Assembly (NCBI RefSeq): GCF_000142905.1
Contig: NW_013657635.1
Span: 121,853 to 185,852, forward strand
DNA: 64,000 nt
Origin: Thecamonas trahens ATCC 50062
Lineage: Eukaryota; Protista; Apusomonadida
Direction: 5' to 3'
Shown: positions 1 through 10,625 of the stretch, one piece after another
How positions within the stretch are numbered: the stretch's first letter is position 1
How the letters are laid out: each line of letters starts with the position of its first letter
The notes under the pieces: generated by a model
Database searches by the model: none
The model's input: only the letters and a program-made list of their open reading frames with translations
Told to the model about the DNA's origin: nothing
Program-made: the position numbers and the translations under genes

Positions 1-2
1 CC

Positions 3-812
3 ATGCTCGAACTCGGGCCAAAGTGCGGTGGCGACATCCACACTGCGTGCATCGACTGCGGCGGCGCGAAAGTCTCGCTCGTCGAGCTGGCCTTTGCCTT
101 GTTCCAGGCAAACCTCGCCTCAGTCCTCACCCAGTACGTCGTGGCGCCGCCGCTCTACACAGAGGAGCAGAGCAGCTCGCTCGCGACAACTGTCTTTACC
201 ACGCGGTGGGCGATCCAGCTCCGGATCTCGATCGCGGCTCTCCGGATCCCGGTTTCAAAACTCCTTGCCAAGATCCAAGTCCTGCCCGATTGGCAGACCG
301 CGCTTGCCGATTGCGTGGCCCAGCACTACGAGCTCCTCTCTACCCTGCTCACCTCGGTCGAGTCGTCGCCGGCCGAGTTCCAGCCGCAGCCTGTGGCGCT
401 CGCAGAAAGCGAATACGCGGTGGATCTGTTTGTCCTCGCCTTTAAGCTCACCGCCGCCCTCGCCTTTCCACATGCACAGCTCGGGCGGGCAGACCTGTTC
501 TCGTCAGTGGTCTCTGCAGGCGAGGTGACGGCCGCTGAGGCCGTGGCCGTCGTCATGGCTGGGCTCGGGATTGCTGTTGAGACCATGACTGAGCTGCCGA
601 ACGGAGCGAACATGTCGATTGTGTCGCGGGCCGTCATCTCTGGCTCGCCCGACATGGTCAAGTACATCTTGGAGCTGCCTGGCGTGGATCTGTCGATGAC
701 AGATGCGTTTGGCTCGCCAGCTGCGTTTGCCAAGGGTGTGTCGATGGAAGCCGAGGTCAAGGACGCCATGTTGGCGGAGCTGAGCGCTGCGAGCGCTTCC
801 GCCAGCACGTAG
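3..812 (+). CDS. Ankyrin-repeat-containing protein (probably the C-terminal part; true start may lie before the window)
   Basis: 269-aa ORF with GC3-rich codon usage. C-terminal SIVSRAVISGSPDMVKYILELPGVDLSMTDAFGSP resembles one ankyrin repeat. Confidence 0.55.
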   Translation: MLELGPKCGGDIHTACIDCGGAKVSLVELAFALFQANLASVLTQYVVAPPLYTEEQSSSLATTVFTTRWAIQLRISIAALRIPVSKLLAKIQVLPDWQTALADCVAQHYELLSTLLTSVESSPAEFQPQPVALAESEYAVDLFVLAFKLTAALAFPHAQLGRADLFSSVVSAGEVTAAEAVAVVMAGLGIAVETMTELPNGANMSIVSRAVISGSPDMVKYILELPGVDLSMTDAFGSPAAFAKGVSMEAEVKDAMLAELSAASASAST

Positions 813-881
813 AAGCCAGAAGCCGTTTACTCTGGCTGGTTGGTTGAGAAAACAAACATAGCACGGCCCGTGGCAAGAGAG

Positions 882-1775
882 TCACAGTATGGTGCACGAG
901 CCCTCGTCGACGGCCGGCACCTCGAGCGACTCGTCATACAGCCGCTCGTCAAGGATGACGCGAGAGAACGGCGTGGCTTCCAGGGCCTCACCGGACAGGT
1001 TCTTGCGCGGGATAACTTGGAGGAGGCGCGAGCGGAGCTTGGCAAGCTGGGCGTTGAACGCCATGTAGTCTGCACCGTCGGCATGCCACCGTTCCTCAAA
1101 GTAGACAAAGAGCGAGCAGAAGAACTCGCCGAGGTCGTCAAGCGAGGAGATCCACGAGGCGAGCTCGTCATAGATCGGAGTGCGGATGGCATAGCTGATG
1201 CCGATGCGAAGCTGAAGCACGTCGGCAACGAGGGCGGCGATGTTGAGGCCGGCGGCGGCGACAGGGTAGTGGATGTCATCGCGGGGGCGATGGGTATTGA
1301 CCAGGTCGAGAAAGGCGTCGTGGTAGTTGGTAGCAAACCAATCAAGGAGCCAGAGGCCCAGAAGTCCCGACGCACGCAGATCCGACACGGGGTACTGCCG
1401 CTGGAAGCCCATCTCCTTCCACTTGCGGGTCACCAGGTCCGACGGCAGCCGATCGTCCGGGAACACGGCCGCAAAGAGCGAGCCGGCCAGCGCCACGTGC
1501 TCGGCATTGTCCAGGTCAAACGAGGCCGTGAGCAAGTCGCTCGCCGCCTGCATCGTCGCCGCAAACTCCTCCCGCACCTGCGCCCGGTACCCACTCCCGC
1601 CCGCCGTCGCTGTCGCTCCGTCCATCGTCGTCCCCGTGCCTCCCCCCGCCGTCCCCGTCACCTCCTCGTCGCCCAGCAGACGCCGCCTTCCACGCTCAGA
1701 GAGCTCAAAGTCGCGAGCCATCGACGCCTGCGCCCCGCCGGTCGCCACCCGTCCGCCCAATCCGCAGCAGTCCAT
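882..1775 (-). CDS. ELMO/CED-12 domain protein (ELMOD-type Arf/Arl GAP)
   Basis: KWKEMGFQRQYPVSDLRASGLLGL matches the ELMO WxxxGFQxxxPxTDFRxxG motif. YPVAAAGLNI and W...ADYMAFN also match. Confidence 0.9.
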   Translation of the reverse strand: MDCCGLGGRVATGGAQASMARDFELSERGRRRLLGDEEVTGTAGGGTGTTMDGATATAGGSGYRAQVREEFAATMQAASDLLTASFDLDNAEHVALAGSLFAAVFPDDRLPSDLVTRKWKEMGFQRQYPVSDLRASGLLGLWLLDWFATNYHDAFLDLVNTHRPRDDIHYPVAAAGLNIAALVADVLQLRIGISYAIRTPIYDELASWISSLDDLGEFFCSLFVYFEERWHADGADYMAFNAQLAKLRSRLLQVIPRKNLSGEALEATPFSRVILDERLYDESLEVPAVDEGSCTIL

Positions 1776-1934
1776 GTGTGTTGGGTGAAGTACAGGCGTG
1801 GGTGCGACAAGTGGTCTCTAGTGGTGGGGGTGGTGGGGGGGGGGGGGGGGGGGGGGGAAGGGGAGGGGAGGGGAGGGGGGCATTCGTCGTCGTCACACTG
1901 GCATGTGCGCCAAGGCCGCCACGCAGCCGATATT

Positions 1935-1975
1935 GATGGGATCCGAGCCGATGGGATCCGATCCGATGGGATCCG
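1935..1975. repeat. Short tandem repeat, about 15-bp unit gatgggatccgagcc, 3 copies
   Basis: Directly visible in the divergent intergenic region. Confidence 0.8.
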
Positions 1976-2517
1976 CACTTGGTATGAATGAGCTTGTCTA
2001 GCAGCATTCATGGGTATTGTAAAGCGGTTGAGATGGTGGTTGTGGTGCTATGAATGGTGCGCAGAGTGGGAGGAGGGGACGTCGGTATGGCTGTCTTGGT
2101 CGTGGTGCGATGATGATGGATGGGAGTCGCTGCCATCCCACCATCCCTCCTCAATTCGCCGTTACGCACCCCGATTGATCTGATGGATGCTACAGGTGGT
2201 GACGTGCTACAGACACCGCCGTCACCCCAACTACATCCGCTTCATCTACAGACCGCGCTCCCTGAGCGGAAACACAGAGGAAACCTGTGATCACTTATTT
2301 CCCAACGACTGCTGGCCATCCAGCCATGCTCATTCCCTCTACCCCCGCACCACGGACAGACGCACAATCGACACTCGACACTCTCTGCATTGTAAAACGC
2401 AACGAAAACGGACCATCCTCCTCAAAACCCACACATCGATCACAATATCAAATGCGTCGGCAACCAAAGCCAGCGCCAAGGCTGAAACAGCCCATCTGCA
2501 GCAGCGCAGCGACAACC

Positions 2518-2691
2518 GGCGGCGACTGGCAGCAAATGGCGGCGACTGGCAGCAAATGGCGGCGACTGGCAGCAAATGGCGGCGACTGGCAGCAAATGGC
2601 GGCGACTGGCAGCAAATGGCGGCGACTGGCAGCAAATGGCGGCGACTGGCAGCAAATGGCGGCGACTGGCAGCAAAATGGCGGCGACTGGC
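2518..2691. repeat. Minisatellite, 20-bp unit ggcggcgactggcagcaaat, about 8.5 near-perfect copies
   Basis: Directly visible. Head-to-tail copies with no spacers. Confidence 0.97.
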
Positions 2692-2780
2692 CGGCCTCCC
2701 CCCCCCCCCTCCCCCCCTCCCTCCCTCCCTCCCTCTCCACCACCACCTCACTCTCCCCCTCCCCACTCTCCCTGCGCAGC

Positions 2781-5272
2781 ATGGACTGGGACGCAGAGGA
2801 CACACTTTCAGGCTCGAGCACGTCGGGCGAGTACGGGTCCGCCACGGGCGGCGCGGGTGGCTCTGGCGGCTCTTTGGCGGCGGCGGGTGGCGGCTACTCG
2901 GTCGGCCTCGGCCTCCCGCTCTACGCCACGGCCGTACTTGCTCCACGTGGCTCGGCATCCGCCCTGGAGGAGGCTGCTGCTGCGCTGCCGCACGCCCATG
3001 CCCATGCCCATGCCCATGGTCATGGTCATGGTCAAGCTCATGGTCATGGTCAAGCTCATGCCCATGCCCACTCGGCCCGCCCAAGCCTGCCCCCACACCC
3101 ACGCCCGCCGCCTCGTCGCAGCCGCCGCCCTCGCCGCGCACGCTGCCCTCGCTGCATCGTACCTCGTCGACCGCCCGCGAGATGCAGGCTGCGGCGGCGC
3201 GGGCGGCGGCTGCGGCGGCTGCGGCGGCTGCAGCTGCGGCGCTCCCGCCGGAGGAGATGTTCTTGTCGGACGGCGGCAACGGCATCGATGACGCCGGCGC
3301 GACGGGCAAGGTCCGGCTGTCGACGGTGCCGAAAGCGCCGGTGCAACTGGCAGCGACGCACGCGGCGGCGGCAGCGGAGATGGCCAAGGCGGTCGAGAGT
3401 GGAGCGGCGCCTCGTGGTGCGCCGCACGTCCGCAGAGCGGTCGACGTCTCCAACAAGCCACTGGAGATGGTGCTGGCGGCCAAGAACGCGGCGGCTCGCG
3501 ACCGGCCGGTCCGGTCGTGCATGCCCGGGGCCGCGGCGCAGTACGATGCGGTTGAGCTGGCGGGCTTTGAGGCGGGGCGGCTGGAGACGTTCCGCAGGGC
3601 GCGCAAGCGGCGGCGGACGTTGCACTCGTGGAAGGCGGTCCGTGACGGGCTTGCCTGGCGTTGGGCCTGGCTCCAGCTGCAGATCGAAGAGCTGAAGCGG
3701 ACCCGCGAGTCGTACTCGCGCGGCCTGGACGAGTACCAGCAGGAGAAGCCCAAGGTGAGCCAGGTCCGCGACGCTGAAGCCGAGGCGCTCGGAGAAGTCG
3801 CAGCACGCTGCTGCCCCATCCAGCTCCCAGTCCCGCGGCGGAACATGTGCAAGCGCAACATGGCGCGAGTCCGCAAGAAGCTTGCCGCTGAGGACCCGCT
3901 CCTCGCCCTTGTCACGGCCAAGAAGCAGGCCGAGCGCGAGCGCCGCGCCTCACACCGCAAGCTGGCCCGCTCCGATCCGCACCCGCTCTTCCCGGACGCT
4001 GCCGCTCTGCAGCTGGCTGTGGTAGGCGAGCGAGCAGCGGCGGCGATGCCTGCGGGCGCTGGAGCAAGTGGAGGGAGTGTGCAGCCGCAAGCCGGGGTGG
4101 CGAGCGGCGGAGGTGCTACCGCGCCTTCTGCGCCGCGTCCGCCGATGCCGAAAACGCTCAAGCGCAAGCGCAACATCAGCATCCAGCTGCCGACGAGCGG
4201 CAACCGACTGCGGCGGCCGGCTGCCGGCTCGCCCGCCGCCATGTACTACTCGATGCCCAAGCTGCTCCAATCGCCGCGGGTTCCTGCTGCCATCACCCAG
4301 CGGCTTGGCGTCGCCCGCGCCGCGTCGGGTAAGACCACCGGCAAGGGCTCGTCATCGGGCAAGGGGAAGGGCAAGGGTACCAAGTCGCGGACCAACAAGC
4401 GCCGGACCGAGGACTTTAACATCGACAACATCGTTGTCCCGTTCACCACGCCCACCGCTCCGCCGGCGGTCTCCAAGCTCGCCGTCAAGGAGATTGTGCT
4501 CCCGGTCGTCGAGGTAGTCGGCGAGGACTCGGATGCCGAAGCCGAGGGCGAGGCCGAAGCCAATGGTGGCGAGTCATCGGACGATGAGGCCGTCGACGAC
4601 GCTACCTTTTACCGCCGGCACGCCGAGTATGAGTACAAGGAGCGGGCGCGATACATGGGCCTGCCGCCGGCGACGAACTGGCGGGCCGAGTCGGTTGTCC
4701 TCCCGTCGTCGTTTGTCGAGTACGGCCGCGACGCCGACTCGATGAAGGAGGGCGCACGGCAGTATCTGCTCGAGCTGGAGGCGGCCAAGGCCGGTGACCT
4801 CGTCGACTCGCTCTCGTCGGATGACGAGTTTGACTCGGACGACTCGGACGAGTTCTTTAACAAGGCGCTCTCTGACGACGACAATGAGCTTCTTGGCCTG
4901 GGCTCGCCGCGCAAGCGCCGCCGGACACGGGCGGCCAAGGCGCATCTGCTCAACGCGCGGCAGCGGCGCCGCTGGGAGCGGCTCAAGTTTGAGTTTCTCG
5001 AGTACGCCCGGATGCAGCCCAAGCAGGTTGAGTCGCTGTTTGGCCTCTGGGCCGCGGTGCCCGAGCGGACGTCGCTCGTCTCGCGGCCGTCGTACAACTA
5101 CGTTCTCCGCAACAGCAACGTTGTGCCTCGGCACCCGCCTGTGCCGGGCGTCACCGACGGCGGCTCCGAAAGCCCCGCCGGTCCCCGCGCCCCGGTCGTC
5201 GCCGCGTACTCGACCCCCGAGCCGGCCACATCGCTGCTTCTCCGCAGGCTCCCGGTTCTTCCCGAGCCGTAG
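2781..5272 (+). CDS. KANSL1: KANSL1/NSL1-like subunit of the MOF histone acetyltransferase complex, with PEHE domain; apparent frameshift at about 3078
   Basis: WRWAWLQLQIEEL (cf. KANSL1 RWNWLQAHVSDLE), AARCCPI (cf. AARTRP), and PEHE-type EDFNIDNIVVPF...KLAVKEIVLP...DDATFYRRHAEYEYKERARY. The N-terminal MDWDAED/His-rich part joins the main ORF if one C is added at 3076-3078. Confidence 0.75.
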
Positions 5273-5288
5273 CTCGTCTTGGCGCACA

Positions 5289-6488
5289 CTAAATCTCGCG
5301 AGGGTCAAAGAACGCGTTGCGGGCCATGCTTGCGAGCGGCTGGCCGCCGCGCAGCGGCTTGTGCATGAGGTATGGCGAGCGGGTGTTTCCGCCGCCGACC
5401 ACAGCGTGCAGCACGTCGTCGGGCGTCATGTTGCAGATGACAAGGGCGAATCCGCGGGCGTGGGCACGGACACGGCCGACCTTGACCAGCGCGGCTAACA
5501 GCTCTTGCCCACGCGGGCCAGATGCCACAGGCGCAATGAACCGCGCCCGCCAGTGACCGGCCTGTAGACGCGAGAGGACAAAGTAGCCGGCATAGAGAGC
5601 GGCAGCGTCGGCTAGGATAGCGGCGGCGCCGACCAGCCGCCACAGACTCCCGCTCGCCCAGAACCAGTTGATAGCACTAGCCACAATCCAAAGGTGGAGA
5701 AGGGCGAGGAGGATTTGCATCGCGTTGTGGCGCCACAGCCACATCGGCAGCAGCAGACGCTCGATGGAGAGCGAGGTGAGCCCGTTGCCGTTGAACAGCG
5801 CAAGCGCCGCAAACGAGTCGCTGGTCTCATCAGTGAGGGTGTACCCCTCGAGAAAGTACGGCGAGTTCAGGAGGGGCTCGGGATCGACTAGCGCAAAGTC
5901 GGCACCAACCTCGGCGCCGTAGTAGGCGTCGTACACCTTGCGGAAGCCGCGGCCGTCAACGACGACGAGGCTCGGCGGCGGGCGCGGGGCGCGGATCGAC
6001 TCCGGCAGAAGCAGGAGCACACTCAGCGCGCGCTGCGAGAGGATCGAGTAGCTGCGACGGGCGTAGAGGGCACGAGCGGCGTGGTTGTTGGAATTGACGG
6101 TAAGATAGACGACGTCGATGCCGCGGGCGGCCAGACCATCTTCGATGGCGTCCATGAGTGCGGTGGCCAGGCCGCGGCGGGTGTGGGCGGGCTCGACGCG
6201 GAGATCAAAGACGTAACCAGCCAGGACAGGTGTGCCGGAGAGATATACGCGCTTGATGGCGGCCGAGACAACGCCGACGGCATCCCCGCCGTTATCTGGC
6301 GCAGCGACCACGATGACGGCGTCCTCAAACTGGCGGGCCTTGGCCGCAAAGTGCGAAGCGTGGACAAAGGCGACGCGGACGGCGGCCGAGCCCTGCGTCG
6401 CCCGCTCCTCCAGCCGCCGGCATGGCCCGTCATCACATGCCTCGTCGTACGCCCGCAGCACGTAGCTTCCGTGGCGGCGAGGAAGCAT
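5289..6488 (-). CDS. GNAT N-acetyltransferase, HOOKLESS1 (HLS1)-like
   Basis: GYVFDLRVEPAHTRRGLATALM is the acetyl-CoA motif A. YLTVNSNNHAARALY and N-terminal LRAYDEACD...LEERATQG parallel plant HLS1. Confidence 0.8.
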   Translation of the reverse strand: MLPRRHGSYVLRAYDEACDDGPCRRLEERATQGSAAVRVAFVHASHFAAKARQFEDAVIVVAAPDNGGDAVGVVSAAIKRVYLSGTPVLAGYVFDLRVEPAHTRRGLATALMDAIEDGLAARGIDVVYLTVNSNNHAARALYARRSYSILSQRALSVLLLLPESIRAPRPPPSLVVVDGRGFRKVYDAYYGAEVGADFALVDPEPLLNSPYFLEGYTLTDETSDSFAALALFNGNGLTSLSIERLLLPMWLWRHNAMQILLALLHLWIVASAINWFWASGSLWRLVGAAAILADAAALYAGYFVLSRLQAGHWRARFIAPVASGPRGQELLAALVKVGRVRAHARGFALVICNMTPDDVLHAVVGGGNTRSPYLMHKPLRGGQPLASMARNAFFDPREI

Positions 6489-6666
6489 GTGGGGGGTTGG
6501 GAGGCGAATCAGGTGTCAGACGGGTTGGGGCTGGAGCTGAGGCTGGGGCTGGGGCTGGCGGGCTGCTGGCGGGCGTGGACAGGTGCGACGGAACGAATGA
6601 TCATCGGATCGGATTCACGTCTGTGGTGTGTATGTGTGTGGGTGCAAAGGTACGGGCATGGCATGG

Positions 6667-8601
6667 CTAGGGGTCAACGTCATCAACAAAGTAGCCCTCG
6701 GCGAGAGAGGCGATGTCGGACGAAGAGGCGGTGGCGATCGAGTGGTGTGACGAACGGTGCGATGAGTGGTGCGATGAGTGGTGCGACGAGTGTCGTATGT
6801 GAGTCGGGTGATGGACTTGCTTGGGAATGGCAAGTTGAATGTCGTGCGGTGACGAGGAGGGGCGGGCGTGGAGGTGAGCGCCAGTCGGGAGACGGGCACC
6901 GGTCGAGACTGCGCCCGAGGCTGCCGACGAGCCCGTGGTCGATGCGTGGGTCGATGACGACGATGCCGACGATGTCCATGAGACGGCCTCGGGATCGCGG
7001 CCGCGAACAAGAGCAAGCTTGCGCGACTGCGGACCAGGAAGGGCATGTGGGCCAAAGCCAAGAGCAGAGACATTGAGCAGCGAGAGCTGGGTCGACTGCT
7101 GGCGGGCGCGCGAGCGGAGACGGGCCTTGCGGTCGCGGGTGGATGCCGACGAGGCGGCGGCGGCTTCGCGCGATTGGACAGAGAGCACGTTGCCAAGGGC
7201 GTCACTGAGGGCGGCACCGGCGGCGGCATCGGTGGCAAGGTAGATAAGCGTCTGCTGCAGCTGCGGCGAAGCCGAGGCGAGGGCCGAGTCGGAGGCGAGG
7301 ACACAAAGGCCCCGGCGCATGATGCGGAGGAGAATCGAGTTGACCTCGGGATGCTGGAGGAGCTTCACCACGATGCCCATCAGCTGGGCAGACTCGGGGG
7401 TGAGGGCTGTCTCGCCAGGCGTGGCGGCCGAGGCTGATGGTGTCGGCGCAGGGCCTTGGCTCGAGATAATGGCGAGGAGCTCGGGGACTTTGGCCAGGTC
7501 GGAGGCCAGATCGGCGACCTGAGCCATGCCCTCGGACGAGAGCGAGCCGTCGCGCAGGCGGTCGTTGAGCGAGAGCCGCGGGCGGGAGCCAAAGCTCGAC
7601 TCGCCGTCGATGGAAAGAGATTGCCGAAGCTCGCGACGCGAGATGGATCGCTCTGAGAGAGCGTCATCGCGGCGCATCTGTGTGGGAGCGCCGCGGGCCT
7701 GGCGATGGAGCTTGCGCTCGTGGAGGCCGAGGACATCGAGGACGCCGGCGAGGCCTGCGGCGGGCGAAGAGTCAGAGACAGAGCGGGTCAGCCACTCGCC
7801 ATTCTGGCGGTACCTGTAGAGGCGATACATGGAGTAAAGGACAGCGCATCCAAGAATGGCGCGGACAACGGTGATGAGCGAGGTGAGGAGAGTGGAGAGG
7901 CGAATGTGGTTAAAGACGCAGCGGAAGAGCATGGCGTGGCGCTCCATCATCTGCCACACAAAGTTGCGGTCGCCACCGCACTGGAAAAAGTAAAAGGTGC
8001 CACCGTCGACGCCGCGCTGGTTGCCGATGATGGCGATGAACGAGTAGCGGAGCGAGATGGCGGCCATGTAGCAGAAGATGATGGCAACCTTAAAGTAGAG
8101 GAAGCGGTTGATCTGGACAATGAGGCCGGCGTTGGCCTTGAGGATGACGTCGTCGTCGACATCGTCGTCCATCTCCACAATGTCGTCTGCCCGGACACGA
8201 ATCTGGTTGATGTACGAGGACGAGATGGACATGAAGATGCCAGTGAGGAGGACGTTGAGGGCGGTGAAGATGGTCATGCTCAGGGTGTACTGCTTGATCT
8301 CGTTCTCGCAGTTGATGTTGACAAAGTCCTTGTTGAGGACAAAGTCCGAGAGCGCCCAGTTGACCTTCCCCAGACCGCCCACCGTCTCCAGCGAGACGTT
8401 TGCCGGTGGATACTTCCACAGCTCCTTGTCCGCCGCCGCGCTCCATGGCGAGCACTCGACGCCGTCGAGGACCAGCAGGCTGCCAAAGAGCAGTTCGAGG
8501 AGGGCGAGGAAGAGGAAGAGGAACCAGAGTCCGAGTTCAGAGTACGAGTGATGTCGCGTGGGCGTGAACAGCGCAGAGACGGTCGTCAGCAGCTGCGACA
8601 T
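6667..8601 (-). CDS. Four-TM membrane protein with pannexin/innexin/LRRC8-like cysteine pattern and long low-complexity C-tail
   Basis: 644-aa ORF with four hydrophobic segments. C50 and C98 lie in loop 1, C208 and C228 in loop 2. Confidence 0.6.
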   Translation of the reverse strand: MSQLLTTVSALFTPTRHHSYSELGLWFLFLFLALLELLFGSLLVLDGVECSPWSAAADKELWKYPPANVSLETVGGLGKVNWALSDFVLNKDFVNINCENEIKQYTLSMTIFTALNVLLTGIFMSISSSYINQIRVRADDIVEMDDDVDDDVILKANAGLIVQINRFLYFKVAIIFCYMAAISLRYSFIAIIGNQRGVDGGTFYFFQCGGDRNFVWQMMERHAMLFRCVFNHIRLSTLLTSLITVVRAILGCAVLYSMYRLYRYRQNGEWLTRSVSDSSPAAGLAGVLDVLGLHERKLHRQARGAPTQMRRDDALSERSISRRELRQSLSIDGESSFGSRPRLSLNDRLRDGSLSSEGMAQVADLASDLAKVPELLAIISSQGPAPTPSASAATPGETALTPESAQLMGIVVKLLQHPEVNSILLRIMRRGLCVLASDSALASASPQLQQTLIYLATDAAAGAALSDALGNVLSVQSREAAAASSASTRDRKARLRSRARQQSTQLSLLNVSALGFGPHALPGPQSRKLALVRGRDPEAVSWTSSASSSSTHASTTGSSAASGAVSTGARLPTGAHLHARPSSSPHDIQLAIPKQVHHPTHIRHSSHHSSHHSSHRSSHHSIATASSSDIASLAEGYFVDDVDP

Positions 8602-8865
8602 GTCCGTCTCTCCCCACCCGCAAGTCGAGTCTGCGGCTCGCGCAAGCGCTCACCGCTCGCGTTAGTTAGCGCTCAGCGCTCACTGCCGCCTGCCGCGCCC
8701 GCCCGCTTGCCGCCCGCCTGCCGCCGGCCTTCCTCCCGCCGGCCTTAGATTGGGCGCACGCGCGTGCGGGGGGGGGGTATGCTATACCTCTACATGTGCA
8801 TATGATGTGCATGTGCGTGTGTGCATCGCGTGCTGCTCATGGCGTGCTGTGCTCATCGCCTGCGT

Positions 8866-9621
8866 TTACGAGGCCTTGGCCTTGGCAGCCTTGCCAGCGA
8901 GATACTTGTTGCGGAAGAAGGAGACAAAGAGGATGACGAGAGCAACGACGTAGACGTTGTTGGCGACAATGGCCCAGTAGTGCAGGCCGACGTTGCAGGG
9001 GAGGCCGATAAAGTACGGGATGGATGAGGCGAGGCCGATGATGAACTGGGCAATCTGCATCGAGGTGAGGAGGACCGACCACTTGGGCCGGTAGCCAAAG
9101 CAAGTGAGAAAGTAGTAAAAGTACATGATGGTGTGGATGGTCGAGTTGAGGACAATAAAGATATAGATTGAGTCCGCCCGGGCTGCCGTGAGCACCCACG
9201 TGATCCACACCGCACCGACGTGGTGGAAGGTCTGCAGAAAGATCGGCTGCTTGCCCTTGAGAATGACGATCCACGTGTCGATAAACTCGTATGCCTTGGA
9301 CCAGAAAAAGTACGTCGCCAGCATTTCCAGCGGTGAGCCGTGGACGTCCATCAGGTCATGGCACGAGCCGTAGACGATGAACGACTTGTCCGGGTAGCCA
9401 GCGAGGAAGGTCACAGTCTTGACCAGCATGATGGCCGAGAAAATAGACATGCCAGCATTGTGCACGATGGAGAAGACCTTGAGTGGGCCGCGCGGCGCAG
9501 TCCAGCCCTTGAGCCCGGCATTCACCCCCAGATACACCACGGTGAGCAAAATGGGGAGGACCACAGGGAGCGAGGCCGACGGTTGGGTGAGCATCATCTT
9601 GGCCAGTTGCGAGAGCGACAT
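8866..9621 (-). CDS. ELO-family fatty acid elongase with Delta9-elongase-type QxxHH box
   Basis: Motifs SKAYEFIDT, LQTFHHVG, NSTIHTIMYFYY and TSMQIAQF. C-terminal KAAKAKAS resembles a dilysine ER signal. First ATG at 9621. Confidence 0.92.
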   Translation of the reverse strand: MSLSQLAKMMLTQPSASLPVVLPILLTVVYLGVNAGLKGWTAPRGPLKVFSIVHNAGMSIFSAIMLVKTVTFLAGYPDKSFIVYGSCHDLMDVHGSPLEMLATYFFWSKAYEFIDTWIVILKGKQPIFLQTFHHVGAVWITWVLTAARADSIYIFIVLNSTIHTIMYFYYFLTCFGYRPKWSVLLTSMQIAQFIIGLASSIPYFIGLPCNVGLHYWAIVANNVYVVALVILFVSFFRNKYLAGKAAKAKAS

Positions 9622-10625
9622 GGATGCGAGGCGGAGTGGGCGGGAGAGAGACGGGCGCTTGGCAGTCAATGCAACCTCTACCGACTATCAATGTCGTCTA
9701 GAGCAGTGTCTCCTTCTCTTCCTCCCCTCCTCAAGCCCGCTCTCTTGCCGTCCCTTGCCACGTCGTCAACTCTGTTGTGGGATGGGATCCCGGCAACGGC
9801 CGATTCTTTTTTCGTCCGTTTGCAGGAGTCCAGGCGGAGACCGCCATCGCTGCTCTCTGCGCGCTCTCTTGGACGGGGAAATGGCTAGTAAGGACATGAG
9901 GGGCAGGGTTAGAAGTTGAGCAGTGTAGTGGAATGGGTGGATGTGGTGGGGAGAACTTGATGGCATAGCGCGGGAGCGGAAATGGCAGTGTAGTCAGGCG
10001 TCTGGCTGGGGCAATCACGTGATTGTCGTTCTCAGCCACCTCGTCATCTTTACTCCGCGTCCAAGTTTCCACAGCCTCGCTGCTTTGCATCATTGGCCAA
10101 CCGTTCCAGGCTGAGCATGAGGACCAATCTATCCGCCTCGGCGCTGCTTTTATCCGCCTCGAACCTCGGTCTTTGCTGCTGCACTTGGCGGTCAGAATCA
10201 CGGGCGCAGAGCAGATCGGCGTAGCTGGACGCACAGCGACAGCACTACACATACAGCTCGATCAGTCTCACCAGAATTGAAAGACGCCGATATCGGAGCA
10301 AGAGTTGTAGACCTGGAGCCAGCCAGCCTGGAGCTCCATGATTGGAGCACTAGCGTGAGCAGGAGACGGATTGACGGCTTCCGACCATACCATGGCCATC
10401 TTTCTCTTCCCTTGGCAGCCTCTTGAATGTCCTCTTCTCCCTTGTGGCGCCTTCTTTCATCAAATCGCACTCGATGGCACTCGCGCGGCGTCTGCCGCCG
10501 CCAACCGCGGCCGTCGCTGGGCGGCCGTCCGTTGAACGGCGGCCGGTGGCAGCTGGCGACGACGACGGACAGAGCGACGGTCAAGCGGACGACGGCACCT
10601 CACCCAGCACCGACTTGTGGACGGC

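Noticed and set aside
2518-2691. 20-bp repeat array as a CRISPR array
   Set aside because: Units are contiguous with no unique spacers, there are no cas genes, and the context is eukaryotic.
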